Position numbers and translations under genes: made by a program. From positions 1 to 64,000 of the IMG/VR virus record IMGVR_UViG_3300028030_000007: 64,000 nucleotides of DNA; one strand, written 5' to 3'. This document shows, piece after piece, positions 38,576-49,483 of this stretch; position 1 is the stretch's first letter, and each line of letters opens with the position of its first letter. The notes beneath the pieces were generated by a model, which saw nothing but the letters and a program-made list of their open reading frames with translations, was not told the origin of the DNA and made no database searches. The DNA is from a virus.

Positions 38576-39565
38576 TTGGTCGATAAAAAAGACATAGTAA
38601 TAGATATACCCGATGATTCAACTGTTGTTGGTCAAGAGGTATGGGATGGAATCGAAGAGTATATAACTAACGGTTTTTTATACTCTAAGGGGATGATACT
38701 AGGGAAACCATTTGTAATTAAAAGTATCAATCATAATGAGATCAAAAATATAAATCTAAGGATACCGCTTAATTACGATATAGTTAAACGAAAAAATTTA
38801 CACCTTTCCATTTTGATATCATACGGGATATTTATGTATGATGGATATAATATGCTAATAAATAGAGAAGACAATATTTATAAATTAGTTCAAACAATAA
38901 ATAAACTTCCTGAAAAGTTAAAATATGAGATAGTTTTTGGTATAAACTCTCTTAACATGAAAGCGTCAAGACTCCATCCACTTGTTGAGTTTTACGTAAA
39001 AGAAAATAGGTCAAAATATCTTTGGTATATAGTAAAGAATAATGGATCAATAAATCAGGTTATCAATGGTATACAGGGGACTGATAATATAGGACTTAAT
39101 TATACACAAATGTCATGGATAGCCTTAAATGAAATAGATGATATAAAACAAATTAACGATGTTAACTGGGAACACTCAAAGTTTGTTGGATCATGTCTAG
39201 CCTCAGATGGCGTAAAACAAATAAACGAACAGGAAAGATCAAAAAGACAATTCGATGAACAAGAGTTTGATGACAAAAGAAACGCGGCAATAAATACGTA
39301 TATGAGAAGAAAAAATAATGACCAGTTCATGCCGGTCATTGAACTTCCTGACGGTAGAACGGCGGTCGTTGAAGGAAGATACAACGCCATGAGTTCAAAG
39401 GAACTCGCTGAACAAATGAGGATGGCTTTAGTCGGTGAAAAAGACTATCATGATATGATGATACAGAAGTATATAGAGCAAAAGAGAGCCGAACTAAATA
39501 AAAAGAAAAAGAAGTCAATGGCCAGTAGAATATTCAAATCTGCTATTGATAAAATAAAAAAGTAA
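38576..39565 (+). CDS. Second tail assembly chaperone-like protein (putative)
   Basis: Precedes the tape measure; same frame as the previous ORF, TTG start. Confidence 0.55.
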   Translation: MVDKKDIVIDIPDDSTVVGQEVWDGIEEYITNGFLYSKGMILGKPFVIKSINHNEIKNINLRIPLNYDIVKRKNLHLSILISYGIFMYDGYNMLINREDNIYKLVQTINKLPEKLKYEIVFGINSLNMKASRLHPLVEFYVKENRSKYLWYIVKNNGSINQVINGIQGTDNIGLNYTQMSWIALNEIDDIKQINDVNWEHSKFVGSCLASDGVKQINEQERSKRQFDEQEFDDKRNAAINTYMRRKNNDQFMPVIELPDGRTAVVEGRYNAMSSKELAEQMRMALVGEKDYHDMMIQKYIEQKRAELNKKKKKSMASRIFKSAIDKIKK

Positions 39566-39616
39566 ATATTTATAACCTTGTGTATATAGGATCAATCTGT
39601 ACTGATGGGACTATAA

Positions 39617-42600
39617 ATGGCTGATAATACATCAAATATTACCGTAGGCGTTGGATTTAATGTCGATCAGACTCAATTCAATGATATAATAAAACAAGTA
39701 AATAGTATCGGCGATGCGATGAGTAGAGGGATGTCAGATTCCCTTTCTGAATCGAGTAAATTGTTAAGTGATTTGGCTAAAGTTAGTTCAACTATGGGTC
39801 AAGTCATGAATATGGCTAAAAATATAGAACACGCTAGCGCCGCGTTCGGAAGAAGACTCGATGAAACATCACGAAAGGAGCTTGAGGTAGCTAGAAAAAA
39901 GGCCAAAGAATATGAAAAAATGGCGAAAGAGCTTCGTGATGTAGCTGAAAAAAGTTCAAAAACGAGTGATCCATCTAGAAAAGCTGAGTATGGAAGACAG
40001 ATGGAACAGCTTATGAAAAGCTTGGATAAGCTCGGTAAAGACATGAGGTTGAATGACAAAACGTTAAAGAAATTAACAAAACAATATGATAAGATGTCTC
40101 GCAGATATGGAAATCTAAAAGACGTCGTTGATAACACATCAGTCAGTAAAACAATATCGGAATCATTTAAGAAACTTGATCTAGGTAATCTTAGCTCGAT
40201 GTCACCGGAAAAACTGGGCGGATTTATGAAATCCGCTGCTGAGGGTAGCGCGAAGAATATCATAAAGATGATGGGGAAGGGGAAAGTAAATAAGGTTGAA
40301 GCAGCAGGCGGTATTGAGACTACTGAGGGGGCTGCAGCAGCAGGAGAAATGAGTGGGGCAATAGAAGCATTAGGGACCGCTGTGGCTGGTTTATCGGCTG
40401 GTGTTGCTTTATTCGCGGTTTTTGTTAAGTTAGTAGCTGATGCATCTGAATCTATGACAAAGCTTAATAAGGCTTTAGTTGAGGGTCATGGATTTGCAAG
40501 AGATATGAATGGTACAGCTCAAGATTACTCAAAGAGTCTTGAAAACATAAGAAGCGCCACGATAGCTATTAACAGTGAGCTAGGCGCTACGTTCCAACAG
40601 CAAAGTGCGGACGTAATGAAGACTGTTAAGTCATACATGGATAAAACGTCTTCATCACTTCATGGCGTTTCTGACGCGATGGAAGAAATAGGAAGAGGGA
40701 AGGGGCAAGAGGCGTTAGAAAGAGGCATTAAATCATTTTATACAAAAGCCGCGTCGTATGGTATGGCTCTTGGGAAGTCTGCTCAAGATGTTGCGGCCAT
40801 GATGGGATCTTTCGAAACTTCAATGGGACTGTCGCACAAGTCAGTAGACAAACTCATGAAAAAAGTTGTCATTTTCGCTAGAGATGCGAGAATGCCGATG
40901 GAAAATTTTATGGACATATTTAAAAATGTCATACCATCAGTCGATCTTTATAGGAACCGACTCGATGAACTTACTGCTACGATCGTTAACCTATCAAGAA
41001 ACATGAGCCCTGATGCAGTAAAACAGTTCATGGACGCATTTGCCAATGGTTTTAAGGGACAATCGTTCATGGAACGTCTTCATACAGTGTTTACAGCTGG
41101 ACCTAAAAATGTTCAAAGTGCGTTAACTGAAGATGTAAAACTTAAAGCTCAACATATAAGTAATGACATAAAAGAATTAATAAAAGGAAAAAAAGGAGAT
41201 CAATTCGCAGTAGCACTAAAAAAAGCTATAGAAAGTGGTAATGCGAAAAGAACAAGGGATGTGATAGCACAGATACAAGATTCAACAAATGGTAAACTTA
41301 ATGGGGCGATGATAGAAAAAGCTACGAAAGCTACATATTATGCTAAAAATGTTGCATCTGGCAGTCCACTTAATATGGCCACAGCAATGAAAGATACCGG
41401 CATGTATGGTATGTATAAAATACTTGAGAAAAAAGCTGGTAACTTTGGTGTAAACATTGAAAACATAGCTGGTTTGAATGAACATGTTTTGGACAAACTT
41501 GGTATTAACAAACAAATGCAAGAAGCTCTTCAAAATTTCAGAAGATCCGTTCTTCAGTATAAGGAAAACATATCAACAGCAGGAACAACAGGAAGCAAAT
41601 CTCTCAACGAGATGATACTTAAGGTGATGAAAGATAGAGGGGCTAAAAATATTGATTTGAGTAAAGCTACCGTCGATGATATAACAAAAGCAACATCAAT
41701 GTCTCAACAAGACTTAACAGAAAGGCAGCAAAGAGCGGCGGCAGAGGCTAAAGATTTCTCAAGAGAACAAACAAATGCTTTAAACTCAATAATGGATATG
41801 ATCAAGAATCAAATCACATATATGTTGGAAAAAATGTATGGCGTACTTAATCAGATAGCTGAATGGGCCAAAGGTATATTCTCATGGTTTAGTAGTGATA
41901 AAAGTAAACAAGAAGAAATGAGAAATCAAAAAAAGTCACTGGATGACTATTTTGGTGGTATTAAGAATGCAGTCGGTGGTGATCAAAATGCAATTCGTAG
42001 AGCTGAATCTATAAAATCATCACTTACAGATGATATTAACTCTGGCATGAGTAAGGATGAAATTTTATTTAAGCATAGAGGGATAATTAAAAAGTCAATT
42101 GCATCTAAAAGTGATGAAGAATTATTGAAAGACTATAATAGACTTAGAAAAAGTAAGGGTGAAACATTATTAAAAAATACAAAAGAGATGAATAGAAAGG
42201 GTGCAATAAAAGAGTTAAATAAATCAATAGATAGTGGCAATGAAGATGTATTAGGTAAAGTATATAACGCTGGTGATTTGTTGAATATGTATATGTATGA
42301 TAAAAATGGTTTGACTCCTGATATGGCTGAAAAGTTAAAGGATAGAACAACATTTAAAAGACCTGGCGCTAAGAGTATCAAGGAACATGAAAAAGGTCCT
42401 GAAGGTTTAGGCAAAGGATCTGATAGGGATGATAGTGATTGGAGAGGAACAGGAACTGGACTGGATGAGATCACTAAGGCAAAAAGTGCTACAGGATCAG
42501 CGACAGTAACACAAAAAGAACTTAAGACACAAAGCGTTTCAGGTGGCGCGCTGAATGCCCAACCGGCAACTCAGTCAAGAGCGGAAGAAACCGGTAAAAA

Positions 42601-43102
42601 GTCACTTGAAGAGTCAAAGAAGACTAAAAAGATAAATGAAAAACAAGAAAAGCATCTGAAGAAAACTCAGGATGCTATGGTTAGTTTGAATAAAAATATA
42701 AATAAAATAATGTATAGTAGTGTATATGCTGCTGTTAGCAAAGCATTACAGGAATATCTAGTAATGAAATTGGCCGCAGAGGATGAAAATAGTCCGATAA
42801 GAACATATATAAATGAAAATTTTGAGGCTTTGCAAACAGATCCTACATACAAGGGATGGTATAAATCTGCAAATCAGGCTATGTCAAAACCTAAAGATAG
42901 TAAAGATGGTGGTGGTATAATTCCAGAAACTGGTTTATATAAATTAAATAAGGGTGAAAAAGTTATAACACAAATGGGTGCTGGTTATGGACAGAGTAAT
43001 AATGTTAATGTTACTATTCACGTTAACGGCGCTCAGGACCCGACTGAGGTGTCAAGACAAATAAAGAGCACACTACTCAACATTTCATCTAAGGGTAACT
43101 GA
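39617..43102 (+). CDS. Tape measure protein
   Basis: 1161 aa, helical, A/K/S-rich with a hydrophobic segment; C-terminal GGIIPETGLY.L.KGE.V motif; synteny. Confidence 0.85.
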   Translation: MADNTSNITVGVGFNVDQTQFNDIIKQVNSIGDAMSRGMSDSLSESSKLLSDLAKVSSTMGQVMNMAKNIEHASAAFGRRLDETSRKELEVARKKAKEYEKMAKELRDVAEKSSKTSDPSRKAEYGRQMEQLMKSLDKLGKDMRLNDKTLKKLTKQYDKMSRRYGNLKDVVDNTSVSKTISESFKKLDLGNLSSMSPEKLGGFMKSAAEGSAKNIIKMMGKGKVNKVEAAGGIETTEGAAAAGEMSGAIEALGTAVAGLSAGVALFAVFVKLVADASESMTKLNKALVEGHGFARDMNGTAQDYSKSLENIRSATIAINSELGATFQQQSADVMKTVKSYMDKTSSSLHGVSDAMEEIGRGKGQEALERGIKSFYTKAASYGMALGKSAQDVAAMMGSFETSMGLSHKSVDKLMKKVVIFARDARMPMENFMDIFKNVIPSVDLYRNRLDELTATIVNLSRNMSPDAVKQFMDAFANGFKGQSFMERLHTVFTAGPKNVQSALTEDVKLKAQHISNDIKELIKGKKGDQFAVALKKAIESGNAKRTRDVIAQIQDSTNGKLNGAMIEKATKATYYAKNVASGSPLNMATAMKDTGMYGMYKILEKKAGNFGVNIENIAGLNEHVLDKLGINKQMQEALQNFRRSVLQYKENISTAGTTGSKSLNEMILKVMKDRGAKNIDLSKATVDDITKATSMSQQDLTERQQRAAAEAKDFSREQTNALNSIMDMIKNQITYMLEKMYGVLNQIAEWAKGIFSWFSSDKSKQEEMRNQKKSLDDYFGGIKNAVGGDQNAIRRAESIKSSLTDDINSGMSKDEILFKHRGIIKKSIASKSDEELLKDYNRLRKSKGETLLKNTKEMNRKGAIKELNKSIDSGNEDVLGKVYNAGDLLNMYMYDKNGLTPDMAEKLKDRTTFKRPGAKSIKEHEKGPEGLGKGSDRDDSDWRGTGTGLDEITKAKSATGSATVTQKELKTQSVSGGALNAQPATQSRAEETGKKSLEESKKTKKINEKQEKHLKKTQDAMVSLNKNINKIMYSSVYAAVSKALQEYLVMKLAAEDENSPIRTYINENFEALQTDPTYKGWYKSANQAMSKPKDSKDGGGIIPETGLYKLNKGEKVITQMGAGYGQSNNVNVTIHVNGAQDPTEVSRQIKSTLLNISSKGN

Positions 43103-43103
43103 G

Positions 43104-43640
43104 ATGTCGCAGTCTATAATAACTAACGTACAGGACGGGGTAGAAGACGCCAGAGGTTATATAATGATGGCGTTCCAATTAGCGAAGATTGGAACAGTAA
43201 CGGAACCGCTTTCACCATATACTCTGATACTAAAAGCATCACCTAACTCATTCTCAGAGTCCATGTCAAAATCAAAGAGTGTTGCTGTGACAAAGGGAGG
43301 GTACGTTGAATTTCTTTGGGCAGATGAACTCGATTCAGTTTCCGCTTCCGGTAGTACTGGGGCATTTATAGGTCCCGAGTTTGGCTTAAACAACGTCCAC
43401 AAAAATGAATCGATAGCATATAAGAAATACAAACAATTGATAAAAATTTATGAAAATAATGGTCAAATATTTAATAATAATGGTACACCAACTATAAGAA
43501 CATCAGTAATAATGATATATGATAGAGGTATATATAACGGTCATTTTAAGAGTTTTGACGTATCTGAAGATTCAAACGTTCCCTATGCTTTTAATCTGAG
43601 TTGGACATTCGTTATAGATAATCATAGGATGTATAAATGA
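43104..43640 (+). CDS. Baseplate tail-tube initiator-like protein
   Basis: After the tape measure; PNSF.....K......T.GG..E..W..ELD.....G.TG and IY.G.F.SF...ED...P....SW.F pattern. Confidence 0.6.
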   Translation: MSQSIITNVQDGVEDARGYIMMAFQLAKIGTVTEPLSPYTLILKASPNSFSESMSKSKSVAVTKGGYVEFLWADELDSVSASGSTGAFIGPEFGLNNVHKNESIAYKKYKQLIKIYENNGQIFNNNGTPTIRTSVIMIYDRGIYNGHFKSFDVSEDSNVPYAFNLSWTFVIDNHRMYK

Positions 43641-45427
43641 ATTTTTACCAGTTATTAAGCAAAGTAAAAGCGGGAGGTTATAATAACATAATTCAGATGT
43701 TATATTACTATAAGGATAGAAAACCTAATGAATATAGTATATCAGGCGATACGAATTATGCGAGTGTAGCATCATCAGCTAACCCATATCCTATGCTAAT
43801 AGGATTAGTTTCACCGGACAATACCGCTGATTTCGTCCCATATAGACCGATAATGAATGTAGTTAGTCCAAGATTGTCAGCACTTCATACGGGGTCTGGA
43901 GGTGGAAAAACAGAAGTAGTTAAAATGGAGTATGAATTTGCTCGTTACACTGATATAGTAAACGAAATATCAGCAAAGGTATACGCTTGTACAGAAAGCA
44001 GACCTAGCCAAGCAACTATAAAATTGTTACTAGCTCAAATAATGATAGAAAATGGAGCTATAAGGAAATTTAACCCGAACGGTGGTATACAAGTACCAAA
44101 TTATAACATGGCGTCGATACATGCTGGTAAACCAGGATCATTTCATGAAACTCTTACATGTGGTATCCATGGTGACATTAGTACAAGAGGTGTAGCTAAC
44201 GCCAGACAAATTAAAAAATGGTTTGACTCCGGTGAATGCCCTAACTTATTTAATGATGCACTACCAGTTAAGTTAAAAGGCGCTGCTAAGGATGCTTTAA
44301 AAGAAAAAGAGAAAAAGTTAATTGATAAGTATAACAGTGAGACTGATGCTAAAAAAAAGAAAAAGATAGGTGAAGAACTTGATCAAGTAAAATCTGACAT
44401 TGAGTATAGAGACCAGATGAATACATTTGGATCATCTAGTAGTAATAATCAAAGTGTTGATGGCACAGGTAGCATATCAAAACAACCGAAACCAGTCGGA
44501 AAAGCTTTTCTTTCTATAGACACACAGGGTGCTAAGGCTTATCCAACGTATTTTAAATCATTCGATAGTCTTGGCGATGGTATGGCATATTATATTAACC
44601 TACTGTGTAATGTATACCCTGACGCCATGAAGGCTACATCTTCAGATGAATTTGTTGAAGGTTTAGTTAACGGTAAAAAGACTAAAGATGGTAGAGCACG
44701 AAGTTATATGGATGCTGGTGCTAAAAACCATTATAAGCAATCAATAGATATAAGATTAGAAGAAATAAATAAAAATATTGATCAGTTAGGTATATCTGAT
44801 GGTAATACAACGATGGAAAGCGCTACATTAATAACTAGTGGTGAAAATGCTACGAAATTAACTGGTGATGGTGATAGAGCTTGGCTAGATAGTAAAATAG
44901 CGACAATTGACATGGATAGGGTACTGGTTGAGGCTAATAACAATCTGTGGATAAATTCTCAGATAAATATAATAGACAACACTCCATTTTTACGTTTGTT
45001 GGTTAACCCAGATCGAATATCAATAGCTAGGGTGTCTAATGTTAACCCAAATATTAAAACTAGGTATGGAAACATAATAGCGACATGGTTTGATCAACCA
45101 ATAAAAATACAAGCTAATGGTCAAACGGCTACTCAGTATATAATAACAGAAGATTTAAGTGGTGGAATTACTACAAGATATAGGGTACATACAATAAGTT
45201 ATGCTAATTTAATGAGTTTGATTAGGATATATAGAAGTAATGGAATAATATACTCAAAATCAGATCCACCGATCCCAGTAGCTATCGGTAATGCGGTTAT
45301 TATATATGATAACGTAGCTTATTTTGGGAAATTTGATCAGTTATCGATCGATGACGACGCCGAGAACACGGCAAACATGAAGTATAGTTTTTCGTTCACT
45401 GTGAATTATACCCTTCAAAGTCAGTAA
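43637..45427 (+). CDS. Fusion of putative GH73-like muramidase/glucosaminidase and tube-initiator-like domain
   Basis: LLAQIMIENG..NYN and YFKSFDSLGDGMAYYINLL..YPDA..FVEGL; C-terminal ~150 aa paralogous to ORF 43104. Confidence 0.55.
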   Translation: MNFYQLLSKVKAGGYNNIIQMLYYYKDRKPNEYSISGDTNYASVASSANPYPMLIGLVSPDNTADFVPYRPIMNVVSPRLSALHTGSGGGKTEVVKMEYEFARYTDIVNEISAKVYACTESRPSQATIKLLLAQIMIENGAIRKFNPNGGIQVPNYNMASIHAGKPGSFHETLTCGIHGDISTRGVANARQIKKWFDSGECPNLFNDALPVKLKGAAKDALKEKEKKLIDKYNSETDAKKKKKIGEELDQVKSDIEYRDQMNTFGSSSSNNQSVDGTGSISKQPKPVGKAFLSIDTQGAKAYPTYFKSFDSLGDGMAYYINLLCNVYPDAMKATSSDEFVEGLVNGKKTKDGRARSYMDAGAKNHYKQSIDIRLEEINKNIDQLGISDGNTTMESATLITSGENATKLTGDGDRAWLDSKIATIDMDRVLVEANNNLWINSQINIIDNTPFLRLLVNPDRISIARVSNVNPNIKTRYGNIIATWFDQPIKIQANGQTATQYIITEDLSGGITTRYRVHTISYANLMSLIRIYRSNGIIYSKSDPPIPVAIGNAVIIYDNVAYFGKFDQLSIDDDAENTANMKYSFSFTVNYTLQSQ

Positions 45428-46079
45428 GTTTTACTATTGTTTTCTTTCTGTCTTTGATTATGCTAATAGTATTGCCATCCCCTGTTAATACTGTATCGAC
45501 AGGATCATGTGATGTATCAAACAGTGAATAGCCAACATTTCCTTTATGCGTGTGTCTATATAGTATAAGATTTTCTTTTGACCTTTTCCTTATGATAAAG
45601 ATTCCTCCATTGTTCATTGAGTATACATTACCATAATAAAATGACAGTCTTTTAACGTCAACGGAAAATACGCTTCTGCTCACGCTTTTGAAATCAACGA
45701 TTCCTACTTTTTCCCATCTTGTGTTGTCAAGCTTATGTAAGTACAGTCCCAATTCTGAGTACAGTTCATGATACATAAGCCCCCATCCATTCAAATCATC
45801 ATATAGTCCGGACAGTTGTGGCCTGATGTCGTTTTTTACACAGATTTCCTTATACTTTCCCTTCGGGATATTGGTTAATGATGGTGATCTTAAGGTATTT
45901 CCGTTTACGTTATATCCTAACCTATTGTTTGGCTCGTTAGCGAACTTAAACCACAGTAATTTTAGTCTTTCATAGCTATGATTTGAATTCGTAATCCAGC
46001 TTCTTCCCTCTTTTGATCGCATAAACTCAGTGAAAAACTGTTCTTTATTGATCGACAACTTTTCTTTAGATTTTTCCAT
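45396..46079 (-). CDS. Hypothetical protein
   Basis: 227-aa ORF filling the gap; no long + strand ORF there. Confidence 0.6.
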   Translation of the reverse strand: MEKSKEKLSINKEQFFTEFMRSKEGRSWITNSNHSYERLKLLWFKFANEPNNRLGYNVNGNTLRSPSLTNIPKGKYKEICVKNDIRPQLSGLYDDLNGWGLMYHELYSELGLYLHKLDNTRWEKVGIVDFKSVSRSVFSVDVKRLSFYYGNVYSMNNGGIFIIRKRSKENLILYRHTHKGNVGYSLFDTSHDPVDTVLTGDGNTISIIKDRKKTIVKLTDFEGYNSQ

Positions 46080-46153
46080 AACGTGTACATTACATTTAAA
46101 TACCGGGTTATTATGGACTGTTTAATGTGTATCGTTTTGTTGAAGGTTAAAAA

Positions 46154-49100
46154 ATGAATAGACCGTTCATATCGCTCGCTCCAGACGCCTACATATCACT
46201 TCAAGGAAGCACAGACACGGTAACGTGTGGGAAGTGTCAAGTAAAAGTAGACTTCAATAAATTTGTTACAAGTATATCAACAGATTGTGATGTAAACTCT
46301 CCTCCAGGGTCGGCATCCATACAGATGCAAATTCCTGATACAGAACTAAATCAGTTCATGATTGATGATGAGTTTATAGTAAAACCTATGATGGAGATAG
46401 AAATATTTGGCAAGGGATACTATAGCATAGGTGGAACGCCACGTTATTACAGGATCTTTTGGGGTCTTGTGATGAATATAAATAAAAGTTGGTCAAATGG
46501 CGTAACAAATATAAGTATATCATGTAGTGATATGTTAAAATGGTGGGAACTTACATATGCTGTTATGAATCCTGCGTATATCACCCCAGAAGGATCATCG
46601 GCTGGAAACTTTCAATTTTGGGGTAACAAATTAGCGGGAATGAACCCGTATGCTGTTATAATAGCCATGGCAAAAGATAGCATGAGCGATTTTTTGCTTA
46701 CTACCGGATCTTTTACATCATATAAGCCTGAAATAGGTCCGGAAAAAAGAGCTATTGGCAAGTATATGCTTGAGGCCATGGAATATTGGCAACTTAAATT
46801 TGGAGAAATATGGAATAACCTGGTTCTTTATGGCGTATCCGGAACCCCATATCAATTTACTGATAGTATGATAGGTAGGTCGCCTGTTTTCCTATCAAAG
46901 AGTATATTTGAAAATGAAATGAGCCATACCCTTTTCAATAGAGAGACAACGCGATTTAGAATACAGCCTACGGAAGTAGCAGCGTATAAAAGAGAATTGG
47001 CTCGTGTTGTTGATATTAAATTTTTTCAACAAGAAGCTCAAACCAAACTTCAAATAGCTCAAACGGCTCGCGATCAGATAATGTACGAATTTTATCAGGA
47101 TCCAAATGGGACAATAATATTTAAACCACCGTTTTATAACATGAACGTAATACCGAATAAACCAGTATCATGGATCAATGATTTCGAAATAATGCAGGAA
47201 CAAATAACAGAGTCAGGAAATGAGGTATATACACATGTTACGTCAAATGGTCATGCATTTGGCGGAATTATGGATTATGGGATGAATGATGAAATTTTGA
47301 CACCAAATACAGGAGTGATCGATTATCATCTTCTAAAACAATTTGGGTGGAGAAAGACTAACGTAGTTTGTGAGTGGTGTGGAAATCCAAGAAAACTTTT
47401 CTATTATCTACTAGATTATTTGGATCGCCAAAATTCAAAGAGAGTTTCCGGATCTTTTACTATTCCGATGAGACCTGAACTTCGACCCGGTTTTCCAATA
47501 TGGGTTCCTTCGCATGATGCATTTTATTACATACGATCGATTTCTCATGCTTATTCTATAGGTGGACAGGCTACTACTACAATAAACGTGATAGCTAAGA
47601 GGGGTAAATTTATAGCGCCTAAAAATATAGGAATGATGACATCACACGTTATTCATAAACCTCCAGAGAAAAAACTTAGCAGAAGAGAGGAAATGGAAAA
47701 GGCCAAAAGGGAAAAACAAAAAACAAATAGGATGTCCGGCAATAAATATTTTGCATATAATAAGGAAAAACAAAGAAAAGCTAGGTGGGCGAAAGAAAAG
47801 CATGAAGCTAGAGGAAATAATCTAGCATTTAAAATTACGTTTCCTGAAGACGTTGGATCATCGATCGGTTTCACATCTGGAGACAAATCATCTGGTGACG
47901 CTAACGCTCCCATGATAATAAGGGATCCTGAAACCGGAAAGATAATGGGATATCCGAATGTTGTTATGGTATATAGAAGGTCGCTTGACAATGTAAGAAG
48001 AGCCAGACTAAAAGAAGAAACACAGCTTAAAACATACGGAAAAAGTGCTAAATTTAAGGGACAGAAAAAGTATTCATTACCAAATTATACATATGACGCT
48101 ACTGTTGGTAGAACAGCCAGAATGATAGCAACAGATAAAAAAGAAAAAATAGTAGAACAGTTAAGAAATAATAGATATGAAATAGGGTTTGATAATTCAG
48201 GACTCTATGATTATGCAGTTGATAAATCAAAGATCATAAATGAAATCACAGTAGTTAACGCTTCATCAGTTACATGGGGTGATGAAAGTGCGGCTCCTCA
48301 GGGATATTCATCATATAGTGATCCAAAATTAAAGGAGATGAAGGAGAAACTATCAAAAAGAAAGAACGATATAATACAAGAGATTAAACTAGCTAAAAAA
48401 CAAAAATCCGCACTTGAAAAACAAAAATCTAAGGCATACAGAAATCTAGCAATAGTAAAGGGTAAATGGAAAGGCTTACGTGATGAGAAAAAAATTGCGG
48501 AAAAACCAGATGTTAAAAAAGCTAGTGAAGATGTTAAATCAATAAGTGATAAAACAAATGATATAAATGATAAATTAATAAAACTAAAAGAAGAATATAG
48601 TGACATAATGTTTAGCTTAAGTAACGTGGGTTATGGAGCTAAAGATATAAACATAGTGATAAGACCAGTTTCGGATGAATTTGGATTCGAGGTTATAGGA
48701 CATAATAGATACGGAAGAGGATCATTCATAGATATAGGCAGACTTCGCGTTGAAAGTTTGGATGAAAGTAATGGATCTAGCAAGCCAAGTACGGAAGAAG
48801 TGAATAATATTAGAATACAATTTGCAGCCGGATCATCCATGGCTAGTATGTCAGATCCCATGACGTCCCATAATTTTTCCGCTGTTAAATCGGCTGAAAT
48901 GTTGAATGAACTTCAACCATCAGATTACAAAACAGGGGCGTCAGCGTACTCTGGAGATAAGATAAACTTCACAAATAGCAGAACGTACACAGATCAAATA
49001 AACAGAGAGCGAACGTACGCCGGTAAAGTTATCTATGCAGACGTTGACTCAATAATGAAAGCTAAGGGCTTAGATCAACTAAAACCGACAATAAATAAAG

Positions 49101-49483
49101 ATATTTATATGACAGCCGATTGTGATTGTGGGATGATGAAGAGAGGTATTCTTGACATATTGCCCAAGTCAACGATAAAACAAATCTTGACTAGAAAACC
49201 AGAACTTAACGATAGTGCGATAAAAAGTTTGAAAGCAGAAAAAGAACAGCTTAAAAAAGAACTTGAAGATGCAAGAATAGAGGGTTGTATAATTGAAGAT
49301 GGTGGAGTTGAAGATGCGTGTACAATAATAGAAAAACAAATAGCGATAATAGATAAAAAGATAAGAGATAACACCACACAAAGTGTAACGTCAGCAGTAG
49401 TGACACAGAAGAGTTTCGTGGACGCGATCAATGAACATCTAACGCGCGTTCTAGAACAAGCAGCGAAAAAGGCTAATAAATGA
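46154..49483 (+). CDS. Baseplate hub protein
   Basis: IFWGLV...ISISCSDMLKW, YEFYQDPNGTIIFKPP, IPMRPELRPGFP...YYIRSISHAYS, typical hub/gpD-like motifs, followed by charged insertions. Confidence 0.75.
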   Translation: MNRPFISLAPDAYISLQGSTDTVTCGKCQVKVDFNKFVTSISTDCDVNSPPGSASIQMQIPDTELNQFMIDDEFIVKPMMEIEIFGKGYYSIGGTPRYYRIFWGLVMNINKSWSNGVTNISISCSDMLKWWELTYAVMNPAYITPEGSSAGNFQFWGNKLAGMNPYAVIIAMAKDSMSDFLLTTGSFTSYKPEIGPEKRAIGKYMLEAMEYWQLKFGEIWNNLVLYGVSGTPYQFTDSMIGRSPVFLSKSIFENEMSHTLFNRETTRFRIQPTEVAAYKRELARVVDIKFFQQEAQTKLQIAQTARDQIMYEFYQDPNGTIIFKPPFYNMNVIPNKPVSWINDFEIMQEQITESGNEVYTHVTSNGHAFGGIMDYGMNDEILTPNTGVIDYHLLKQFGWRKTNVVCEWCGNPRKLFYYLLDYLDRQNSKRVSGSFTIPMRPELRPGFPIWVPSHDAFYYIRSISHAYSIGGQATTTINVIAKRGKFIAPKNIGMMTSHVIHKPPEKKLSRREEMEKAKREKQKTNRMSGNKYFAYNKEKQRKARWAKEKHEARGNNLAFKITFPEDVGSSIGFTSGDKSSGDANAPMIIRDPETGKIMGYPNVVMVYRRSLDNVRRARLKEETQLKTYGKSAKFKGQKKYSLPNYTYDATVGRTARMIATDKKEKIVEQLRNNRYEIGFDNSGLYDYAVDKSKIINEITVVNASSVTWGDESAAPQGYSSYSDPKLKEMKEKLSKRKNDIIQEIKLAKKQKSALEKQKSKAYRNLAIVKGKWKGLRDEKKIAEKPDVKKASEDVKSISDKTNDINDKLIKLKEEYSDIMFSLSNVGYGAKDINIVIRPVSDEFGFEVIGHNRYGRGSFIDIGRLRVESLDESNGSSKPSTEEVNNIRIQFAAGSSMASMSDPMTSHNFSAVKSAEMLNELQPSDYKTGASAYSGDKINFTNSRTYTDQINRERTYAGKVIYADVDSIMKAKGLDQLKPTINKDIYMTADCDCGMMKRGILDILPKSTIKQILTRKPELNDSAIKSLKAEKEQLKKELEDARIEGCIIEDGGVEDACTIIEKQIAIIDKKIRDNTTQSVTSAVVTQKSFVDAINEHLTRVLEQAAKKANK

